Below are positions 1-10,559 of a stretch of 64,000 nt of DNA, piece after piece; the first letter of the stretch is position 1; each line of letters starts with the position of its first letter. The translations under genes were made by a program, and so were the position numbers. The notes beneath the pieces were generated by a model, which was given only the letters and a program-made list of their open reading frames with translations, ran no database searches and was not told the DNA's origin. Source of the stretch: Lenisia limosa (taxonomy: Eukaryota; Protista; Breviatea); contig LPNZ01009306.1 of the NCBI GenBank assembly GCA_001655205.1, forward strand, positions 1 through 64,000, written 5' to 3'.

Positions 1-60
1 TTTGTTTCATAAATTTCCCAAGGGGTGGCCTAGTATTTTGGTTAATTGTAATGTATTTAG

Positions 61-446
61 GTGGGTTGTTTCAAGTCTTGCTTGTCTTGGACGTTTGGAC
101 TGGATTGACCAGAAGAGTTTGGGCAAGTTCATCATTGAAGCACAAGTACTGTTTTCTTTTTTCTTGCTTACAACTAGGATGGTGAAGGAGGAGGCATATC
201 TGACAGACCAGGCGACATGGTTGATGTCTTTCACACCTTCTTCGGGTTATCTGGTGCGCCTTGTGGCTGAACTTCATGAACTGGGGAGGAACTCACGTTT
301 TAGGGTTGTCTCTTCTGGGCTTTCCTAATCTGAAGGCTATTGATCCCGCCTATGCTTTGCCTGTTGAAGTTATTCAAAAAGCTGGTGTTTCAAGGAAGTA
401 CCCAGAAAACACTATCACACAGAATTTCCCGCAGTCTGAAAGTTAA
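61..446 (+). CDS. RABGGTB: Rab geranylgeranyltransferase type II beta subunit, 3' part (gene starts upstream of window)
   Basis: Splicing introns 146-177 and 254-303 gives [59 protein letters not shown]...AIDPAYALP, the conserved Bet2/RABGGTB C-terminus. Confidence 0.93.
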
Positions 447-729
447 TGAGTTGAAAGTGTTAGTAGCAATCGACCCTTTAGGTCTTAGTTTGTTGTACTT
501 ATTTAGATTGGTCATGAATAACAATGTTCCCCACTTTACTAATAAGGCGAACAGGCGAACTATATATATGCTGTGTATCTGTATCTACGCAGCTACACCA
601 GGGATATGGTGATATGTGGGGTATGGTTCAAAATGCTGAGGGTCTGTGTTACCCCATGATATTTTGATTTTAAATGAAAATTTTCAATTCAAAACATTGT
701 CAAAACGTCAAAACACCCTTATTATCAAT

Positions 730-1266
730 ATGTCTGAAGAACTTAACTTATCTGAAGCCCAGGTTGCTATTGCCCGTGAAAAGTTCAGCACTTATGGTCT
801 GATTGTTTTTTTTCTTTCAACTAAACCCACTTTCTTCTCCCTTTGACCTTTTTAGACGTTGATAACAGTGGAGCTATTGACAAGCAAGAGCTTGAGGTGT
901 GAAAAAGACAAAATTCCTTATTTTATTGTTTTTGTTTTCATTTCTAACTTTTGTAGAAACTCGTTCTTGATTTAGAACCCAAGATGCCTGGTGTTATTCG
1001 CAAAGTATGTTACGGCTCTCTAAATTGGATAGTCCTGCTTTTACAAACAAGTTCATTTTGATATGCCATATTTGTCGTGACTTTTACAGCGCATGGTAAC
1101 AATCCACATGACTTCCAGCGACAAGAATGACGACGGTGTCATTGACTTTGATGAGGTTGGTCTACTTAATAAAACGTGTGCCTTCTTGACCTTCTAGTTC
1201 CTCGTCCTCTTCAAGAAGACCATGGTTGAGGCCAAGCTTCCCATTTCTTTCGGCCCTCGCTGTTAA
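730..1266 (+). CDS. Small two-EF-hand calcium-binding protein (~97 aa, 5 exons)
   Basis: Spliced product MSEELNLSEAQVAIAREKFSTY-DVDNSGAIDKQELE-KLVLDLEPKMPGVIRK-RMVTIHMTSS-DKNDDGVIDFDE-FLVLFKKTMVEAKLPISFGPRC*; two canonical EF-hand loops, GT-AG introns. Confidence 0.85.
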
Positions 1267-1367
1267 CTTTTTTCTTCAACAATGTATAATTATAACTATA
1301 ACAGCCCAGGTTAAGTTACAAAGAATAGATTATAATATTAGACTAGAAGACCATGGAAGGGACACGT

Positions 1368-3015
1368 TTACTGGAACATAGAGGCACGGGCAGCCATACG
1401 GGCGCGACCTTCAGCACGCTTGCGATCCTCCTCGTCCTTTTTGGCCTGAGCCTCTGCCTCTTCAACAGCCTTGGCAGCCTCGTACGCCTCACGTTCAGCA
1501 CGGGATTCAGCCTCACCTAGTATGTCAATACCCATGATAATTTAGCCTACCTTCTTCGATCTTGGCCTTCTCCTCGTCGAGTTGCCTCTTCTTCTCCTCA
1601 GCTTCCAGGGCAGCAGCTTCTGCCTCAGCCTAAAGCGTCAATGGGATGCTTGAAAAGAAGCTATTGATGAGTGTTGAAAGTTTTACCGCCAGTCTTCTAC
1701 CCACCTTTTCAGCAGCAGCTTTTTCAGCCTCAGCAGCAGCCTTCTCAGCCTCAACAAGAGCTTCGGCTGCAGCCTTCTCTGCAGCCTTCTTCTCACGGCG
1801 TTGGCGTGCTTCTTCTTGAATACGACGGCGATTGTCTTCCAGAGAGTCACCAGAGTCAACAGCAGCATCTGCAATGTCAAAACGCATCAGGAAAGTGAAA
1901 TCAGTTTTCCCGCACCGAAACCTCTTCTCAAAAAGCAGCCCAAGCCAACACTTGAAGAAAGCAGCAGCACCCTTGACACCATCACCAGAGAGCTCAGCAG
2001 AACGCTTTTCCTCAGCCTCCTTTTCGGCCTTCTCCTACCATGTCAGCTCTGTCCATGCCATGTATACATTAAAGAAATAGCAAACCTCAGCAGCCTTCTT
2101 GGCCTCTTGCTCTGCCTTAGTAGCCTCAAGCTGCTCAGCAGCTTCACGCTCCTCAGCCTCCTTGGCCGCCTTTTCCTAAAGAGTCACCAAGATGTGATAA
2201 GTCCAAAAAAACATTTCTTATTCATACCTCAAGAGCCTTCTCTTCCATGGCCTTCTTCTCAGCCTCAAGTTCCTTGACCTTCTTGTATTCAGCCTCAGCC
2301 TCGGCAGCAGCCTACATCGACGGTCAAATTGGTTCTTGGATAAAACACACGGACCTCAAGAGCCTTGCGGAGCTCCTCTTCATCAACCTTCGATGTCCAG
2401 AGGTCATCCCAGTTGGTCTTGAAGTAGGCTACAGACTAATGTGTTAGATCTTCGATGATTCAAAGAATGACACATTAAATATATCGAGGAATACCACTGA
2501 TACAGACAGACGTTGCCCCCACACACCCATTCGAGGAAGGCAAGGGTACGGTTGCGATCCCTAAACAAATTAATTCAAGCAAATAAAAAAGAATGCTCCA
2601 GAAGTGAAGTGTTCCAGACATACTTGTCAACCTCCTAAAAAAAGTAAAAAATAAAGGGAGGGAGTAAAGAGCACATACGTTAATCATCTGACGCAATTCA
2701 ACAAATGTCTTGGTTTCACCACGGTCCTCAAGAAGACGCATGGCAGCATCTTCTTCAAGCTCACCAAGAGCATTGGAGTCGTAGCGAAGGAAGTCATCAC
2801 GCAGATCAACAACCAACTTACGGTCAAGGCTCGCGTTCTTAAGGAGGAAGAACTCGCTGCAGTGGTCAAAGAAGTAGAAAGAAAGGTACCCATAAATCTT
2901 CTTCAAATGATGATTTCCCATAAAACCTTAACTCTTATAAGCCAAAAAATCCGCAACTAACCAACCATTGAGCGTAAGGGGTAGGGTACTTCTCTTGCCA
3001 GTTTTCGAAAGACAT
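1368..3015 (-). CDS. EF-hand protein with long Glu/Ala/Lys coiled-coil tail (resembles the ABP34/'TolA-like' Ca-regulated actin-bundling or swiprosin-type proteins)
   Basis: Exons give ...FLRYDSNALGELEEDAAMRLLEDRGETKTFVELRQMIN...DRNRTLAFLEW...YFKTNWDDLW, then EAEKAAAE-type repeats, ending RARMAARASMFQ*. First-intron boundaries uncertain. Confidence 0.65.
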
Positions 3016-3490
3016 TTTGTGATTTATAAAGGTTTGATATAGCAATACTATGTTAACTTATTGTTAATTAGGGGAAAAATCTTTTTTGTGAAACAAAAAG
3101 GGAAATGGTTTTATCGATAAATATCGACATGGATGGATGTTTAATTTATTTTGTAGAATGACATATTTCTTTCATGATTTCTATCAATTCAAAGCCTTTA
3201 TAAGTAACATGATGGCTCCTAAAATGTATCAATCAATTCAAACTTGCATTGCACAAGAAGGTCTACTTGTTTATCGCTCACCAGAACAACTTCTGAATAC
3301 AAACTGTGGGTTGTGTTTTCTTATGGATTCAACACAAGTATTCTTGTATCTATAATCTTGATATAATAAGCTTTAGTGCTATATTATTTGACTTCTATTA
3401 TATTTCCATCCTTCATGTCATCTTCTATTCTCTCTTTCTAATGGTAATAGATCCGCTTAGAAGCTTTGAAGAACCGTTTGACGTTCCATA

Positions 3491-5396
3491 ATGGCGTCAG
3501 AATCCAAATTATGCAACAATCGCGTTGTAGTTGACTCAACTGGACACTTCTGGTCTGGTATCAGTGACCCTCTTGCGCAACAACAAATCTACAAGAATTA
3601 TTTCGTGGTATTTGGAGATTTTGAAGCTTTCGGCTGCTTTCTCTCCTTCTTTCTGTCAAGTGGATATGTATTGTCTCACCTTTTAGTCTGAAACTGCCAA
3701 GCTGAAACAATGGGACTTCAAGTCGTTCTATTTTTCAAAATACCGCGCTCTTCTTTATCACTGGTGAGTACTGGCGTTTGATTCGTGATGGTGGAGGGAA
3801 TCAATTTTAACATCTTAGGATTTCAAGAGATGTTGCAAGAGATGTTCGTGAAAGGCCCGAAAATTTCCAAGTGTAGGTTCTTCAAGTCGAATATTCTTTC
3901 TTATTTTTCCAGGGCTATGATGCTTTTAGACAATTTCACCGCTGTTGCCAACCCAATTGATGACCACCTTAACCTGTACTCTCTTGCCTGTACTTGGATT
4001 GCCTGTAAGCTTGGTTCCCATTCGTTCCCCTTTTTGATAATTCTTCGGATTCGGTTGACTATATAGGCAAGACCAATGTCAAACTTACTGCTGTCCCATC
4101 TATGGGCTTTGTTGTCGAGACTCTTGGCCAGCGCTTCACCCCTGCCGAGATCCAAACCGCAGAGTTTCGAGTCTGTCAGTACCTGGAATGGGATGTAAGT
4201 GGGGGAGAGAATTTTACTGAACCACAAGTTTTATGTCACAATCTCATTCTCGAAGATTACTGTTCTTCCCCCTCTCGCCATCGTCCCCTACATTCTCCCT
4301 GCTGCATTCGACACCTGGGAAGATAACGTCAAGCCCAGTGGCGTCATCATGTCTACCCTCGAAATCCTCACCAGCCTTACACATCAAGGTTAGCGGTAAC
4401 ATCCTTTTGCTCTCTTCGTTTTATTGGCCCTATTTGACCTTTTTAGAAGCCCATTATGCCCAATTTGGTAGTTGCCGTATTGCTGCTATTGCTGTTGCAG
4501 CCCTCAGGTAAGAAACAACTAACCCTGTTGTCCAATTATGTCCCTGTTGGCTTATCTAACACCTCAGAATTATCTGTGGTCTTCCCCTGTGGTCCACTAC
4601 TCTTACCAAGCACACTTTCTTTGAGTACGACGAAATTGCTGCCATTGCCTTCGACGTCTTATCGTATGAACTGGGTGGCAATGAAAGGCTTCACTCCGCA
4701 TTACTGAGAATTACTGAGAACATCTCTTTACCCTCTTAGGCGCTACAACGAGCTTGACATGCTTGACCACCGCAACTCTAAGATCTACGTTCTCCGTCCA
4801 ATGACCGACAAGAATGGCGAGGCCTCTTCTGAGTCTGTTGTCGACGAGGAGTTCAAGAAGGCCTATCATGAGCCACTTGGTTCCCCCACCGACATCTGCG
4901 ACCACATCAAGAACCTCGACATCTTCGAGTGGGTTGAAGCTTGGGTGTGTCGCTCCTTGTCTTTATTGCAACATTATTATTATTAATCTCCAACTTACCT
5001 CTCAGGAGCAAGCTCGACTCCAAGGCTGGTAAGTACAAGAAGATTCCACGCAAACTCGCATCCCTTCAACCTTCGGAAATTGCTCAAGTCTGTCTTCACG
5101 CCACTCTGAGAAAGGAGCAGTATGGCGCCAAGATTCCCGACTCCGTCCCAACCTTTGAACCCATCGACCCGCCCAACACTGAAGGCTTCACCCCGGGCCT
5201 CCCTCGTCCCCGCGCAGGCCCCTTCTTCCAGGCCACTCGCCACAAGCGTCAGGTCACTTCCGTCATCTCGCCGAATCCGCCACGCAAGTCCCGCAAGCAG
5301 CGTGAGGAGGAGCGCATTGAGCGCGCCAAGGCTCGGCGTGACAAGAACAAGAAGTCCGCCATTGACGGGGTTCGTGTGTCAGTTAGGTCGTGTTGA
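3491..5396 (+). CDS. Divergent cyclin with basic C-terminal extension
   Basis: Cyclin-box-like YFSKYRALFIT...AMMLLDNF...LNLYSLACTWIACKL and TPAEIQTAEFRVCQYLEWD; a phase-2 intron from 4929 joins the strongly coding 3' exon ending at 5396. Start codon uncertain. Confidence 0.7.
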
Positions 5397-5721
5397 GGCT
5401 ATGGTGCTATGTTTTCGTTTCTTTTGGCTAGTCTAGTTCTATTTTCTAATTGTTTCTTGAGGTATCATGATCTGGTAGATCATTCAATTCATTTGGCAGT
5501 GCAATGCATCATTATTTAATTCCCTTACCTGGCAAATCTGTTTTCATCGTATTATTGCTATGTCAGGTAAAAAGCTGACCGTTGTGTTTATTATATTGGA
5601 GGTGGGGAAATTATTAGAACATCAAAGCAACCATATTTTGTCTTATTTCATATAAAAGTGAAACATCCCCAACACAGAAGAATGGGACGTGGAGAACTGT
5701 ATCCAGCACTATTTCAACCAT

Positions 5722-8700
5722 CTACAGATCTAAGATCTGAACTCCAGTCTTCTTGCCTTTTTTCTTCCTTCTCTTAGTGCTAACCCCCCCGTCGACACTT
5801 TGAGCCTCGGCCCGACTCAGAGCCAAAGCTTCCTGCAGGTCTGCGTCATAATCAGAGTTATGGCCAGGCACATCGTGGGCTTCTAGTGGCCGTGGCCCTG
5901 ACCGTCTCACAATGCGGAAGGCTCCCTAAGGTGTCACTGCTTTCCCAATGCAAAAGGTTGGGATGATATGTATGATTTATGACGTATTAAGATTCAGACA
6001 TCATTGGACTTGAGAGGCAAGGCGCCTTGAGGGGTGTGGAAGGAGGGTTTGGAGGCTTTCAGCTTCGGCTTGCTTGACCACGCTGATGCTGAAGACTGCT
6101 GCGGGGGGGGGGGGTAAAANNNNNNNNNNNNNNNNNNNNNNNNNNNNNNNNNNNNNNNNNNNNNNNNNNNNNNNNNNNNNNNNNNNNNNNNNNNNNNNNN
6201 NNNNNNNNNNNNNTCTATACAGCAAACTTCACAATTTATTTTTGTTAAACACGTAAACATAAAGAATTACTCATTTGAATAAAATCATACCTCAAAAAAG
6301 TTGGAAAAATAAAGCTCATAAGAGAAAAACGTCATACCGGTTCAGCTGGAGCTGGGGGCGAGGGAGTTCGCGGAGGGGGGACTTCGCCTCCTTTAACTGA
6401 TGTCTGGGGGATGAATTGATAAACAGCGTTGTCGGTTCATTTAAGAAAAGACCAAGTATATACATACCTTTGCAGTGGAGTTGGAGTGTAAAGAGAGAAG
6501 TGCACTTCGTTTGGCTCGATTGGGGAGAAGAGATACCTAATTATAAGAGGGAACGAATCAGAGAAACTCGTAACCCACACAGCTTGAATACTACTCTAAA
6601 TAACACAACTCCTTACCAAATCGGCAAAAAGTGTCTCATCAGGAATGCTCAGCGTTCGGTACAAGGCATAGTAAGATTCACCAGACATTTCGTCTGAATT
6701 GGTGAGATTCCAGGAAACAAATAATTTTCATTATTCATGTATTTTGGGAAATCTCAATTGTACTTGCCGTATAATATACCTTTAAGGAAGGAGTGACTAG
6801 CAGAGCGGAACTCTTGGAATTGTGTGTGAGAAATCTGCTTTCGAAGGCGATTCATTACCTCACGGTTGCGACTAGATGGTCAGGACCATTCAGTTAGTCA
6901 CAGGTTATCAACAGGCTCCCACCTGGCCAATTCTTCTTTTGAGATTTGGGGCGAGGGGGGAGGTTGGAAGGTCATTGTTTGAGGCGACGCTGTTCGAGGA
7001 GGAACTGGAGAGTTATGGATATGAATATCCAAGGACAGCGCGGAGTTTATGGTAACTATGTTTTATGGTATGTGAATTCTTGTTCTCAAAAAAGCAGTGC
7101 ACGTTTCAATAGCCTACGGGAATCCGGAATGGAGGGAACGGGGACGGAGGGTTTCGGAATAAAAGGCACGGTAAGTACAGAGGAGGAGCATTTGGCGGGT
7201 TCTGCCTGGGGCTTCTTGGTCTTCTTGCGTGACTTGGCTACAATGGTTAGAATGGATGATTTAATTCTCTTTTCTTTGAATCGCAAACTGAAACCACTTT
7301 AAGGTAAAGATCCCCCTACATTTCTGCTGTTTAGGTTCCAGCTGATGCGGAGCTTGTGGGGGCTGGGTGAGTCTCGAGTAGTCGGCAGTTGGTGGTTGGG
7401 GTGCAGTCCATCTCGGCTGTGTCTAATAATAATAAGGGGAACCATGCTGCCGTCAACCATACCGGTTGTTCAGAGATACCGAGCGACGGGAAGCCAGTAT
7501 CCAGCTGGATGCCCGAGCTACTGTGGAACCCTGGCTCCGGTGCAAGAACTGAAGAGATAAATCAAAGGCCCATAGTAGTCTTACTGAACCATAGCAAACC
7601 TGGAACGCGGTCCATTGCTTTTTGTCTCCGCTTAGCCTTGCCTCGGGCCTTCGCAATTCGAATATCATTTGAACCTAGGGTTGTTACTACCACTGAGTCC
7701 TCCAATGATAAACGTGAGCAACCACCAGAACAGGACTTAGTAGATATAACAAAACATCGAATCAAGCGAGAATCAGTATCAGCATACCTCTTTCTGGTAG
7801 CCAAGAGGGCTGTTGCTGAACTGGAGTTGAAGACCCGCCTAAGGATGGGAACTGATCTTCTGACATTGAACGCTTATTCCCTTATACATAAGAAAGAGCA
7901 GAGTCTGGCTCACATTCAGCTGCTGAGTGTTGTGTAGTTGAAGGTTGGGGGGCCGACGGCTGTGTCGGCACGTCCTTGCGAACCGGCTCAGGAAAATCCG
8001 CTCCAGAAGGCTCAGAAACTAGCTGCTCAGGAATCTGGCGAGTGAGAAGGAATTTCTTCTTATCCATGCGTTTGAAGGCAACCCACATGCTCTTCTCTTT
8101 CCGGGCTTGCATCACGGTTTCTGTTGTTTCGTCCACCTCTCGCTAAAATGTAAGTTGAATTGAAGGATAAATGAATACCCACCAGATTGATAAGTGAAAC
8201 CAGCTTCCATTGCAAGACCCGCTTGGCTCATTTTGACTTTGTGGGCTCTTTTCTGCGGGAGATTATGTCAAGAACACATGACAGGACCCTGATAAACTTG
8301 CCTCTGCATACCATATGTGCAGCGAGTTCAAGCTTAGTCTTGTAAACACCTTCGAAGGGATTTTCAATACACTCCTCAACTTGACAAACAAAGTGATGAT
8401 GCTCTTGATGAGAGACCTGCAAAGTGAACACTGTACCGAAAGCAGAAAACTCCCTACCAGGTCACTTGCGTTTCTGTAAAACTTGTTTCTCACTCCAGAT
8501 GACTCGCAAACATAACAGTTGAAGTGTTGCTTGTTGAGATGAGCCTGAAGCATCTCGGCATCAAAGAACTACACAGGGTTAACCAATTTCCAGGTTGTGT
8601 TCGCTCAGAAGAACGGGATATCTTACCTGTGTTTTACAAAACTGGCACATTGGATGTCCTTTGAAGGTGACATCGTCAAGTTGGCACTTTGATTTTTCTA

Positions 8701-10260
8701 AGGGGTCACTTTCTCTTCAACAATACTAAAAAGTAATTTGCTATTACAAACCATCAAGGTGTTTTTGGAGTTCTTTGAAGGTGTAAGGAATCTGTTCGTG
8801 CATGAAGACCTTGCGGTGCTCAAGGCAAATAGGGCTAAAAAGTAAGTGAAAAAATACATCCATTTCAAAGAAAAGCCAACCCACCAAAACTTCAAATTAT
8901 GGTCATTCTTCAAATGCTTTCCGAGGTTGATCAGGCTAGTAGCAACAACAACATCCTAAAGAATGAGCAATGGGATTATAAGGGTAACAAGCATCATCTT
9001 CCTCACCTCCTCCATGCATGCTCCGCTTTTGCAGCTTGTGTAACAGGAAGGGCAACGGAGAGAAAGCAGCGAAAGAGCCTCTGATTTCACTTGTGCATTG
9101 GGGAAATACATATCTAGATGAATAAACAATGCTCATAACTATGTTAGCTCAAGCAAAATAAAACAGATCTAAGACTGAAAAAAAAGGGAGGGGGGGGGGA
9201 ATGAAAAGACCANNNNNNNNNNNNNNNNNNNNNNNNNNNNNNNNNNNNNNNNNNNNNNNNNNNNNNNNNNNNNNNNNNNNNNNNNNNNNNNNNNNNGCAT
9301 TTTGAAGATAGTACCGAGTATGATTCTTCAGTTGGAGGCGTAATGATGATAGTCTCCGACTTAGCCTGAAACGTTACACTTATCCCTTCAATCCACAATA
9401 AAAAATGCCAGGCTCTCACCTTGCACATACAGCACGCTTTGTCATCGAAAAGAATCCGCTGCTTCATATGGCAACAATGGCAGACGTCTTTATGCCCACA
9501 GGGCCCAATACCAATCATTTCAATTTCTTCACAGCAAACAATACAAGTTTCCTAAAAAAATAAAAAAGCCCTTTGGAAAGGAAACACCAACCTTTCCTCC
9601 AAATAAATCATCGTCATCCTCTGCCTTAGTTGTAGCGGGAGATAAGTGACTCAAAGACTGCTGTTTTGGTTGATGGTGATGATGAGTACGCTGTTGGTGG
9701 CGAGGTTTAAAGAAAGGACGAGGTTTTGTACCTAGATTGTCATGTGATTTGGAGAGAGAAAGCACTAAATCATTCATTGCAACAAAACAAACTTTCGTCA
9801 GGAGCCTCATGAGTTTTGCCACTTTCCTGAGAGACTGAGTTCTACAATGTCAAATACTCATCACTTATGAACAGACAGAAATCCACTCAACCACCTGCTT
9901 ATATGACTTCGTTTTTGGCTTATGCGGAGCAGATACGTGTTGTGGGTTGGACCGGGGGGTGTGGCCACGCCCCCTTCCGCTTGGTGGCGGAGGCTCTTCC
10001 ATCTGATAGATAAATAAGTCCGAAGAGCAATAGCAGACAAACCGTCTTAGGTTTTAGCCTGGGAGGAGACGAGGAGCCAAGCAAAAAGGACGAAGATCAC
10101 TCTCACTGGCAGGTAACGCAGGCTCCCGTGTTGGCTTTTTTATTTGCCGATACGTATTTCGTGTTCTTGGTCTTGATTCACCCTGGTGGTCCTTAATATT
10201 GTGATTTTCAGGACAATCAATTTGGGATGACTGGAGATCAGATTTCATGGGAATGGACAT
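5722..10260 (-). CDS. ZNF598: E3 ubiquitin ligase ZNF598/Hel2 (RING + C2H2 fingers, C-terminal helical domain, UIM-like motif, Lys-rich tail)
   Basis: RING ETCIVCCEEIEMIGIGPCGHKDVCHCCHMKQRILFDDKACCMCK; C2H2 segments HLNKQHFNCYVC and HHFVCQVEEC; DADLQEALALSRAE; tail RRKKKGKKTGVQILDL*. Two N gaps inside. Confidence 0.88.
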
Positions 10261-10559
10261 ACTCAGGTGCAAGGGAATAGTGAGTGTTTTTCAAAAGGGA
10301 ATAAATAAACAAGTTATATTATTGAAAAAAGTTTAAATGAACACCATACAGAAAGGGAAGGGACCTCAGGCGAGTGGCTCAGTACGTCAAATAGTAGAAG
10401 AGTGAGAAGCTTCAAACTCCGTTCATTCAGTAATATTTGACAAATTATTAACAGCAGCTTGATTAAATTAATAAACTCTAAACATTGAACTTTTGAAGAA
10501 ACTTTAATGTATCAAATAATCTGGGGGTATGTTCACCCTAGAAACAACAGAGTCTACGA

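Noticed and set aside
1671-2277. Gln/Pro/Leu-rich + strand ORFs
   Set aside because: Antisense to the EAAK coiled-coil exons.
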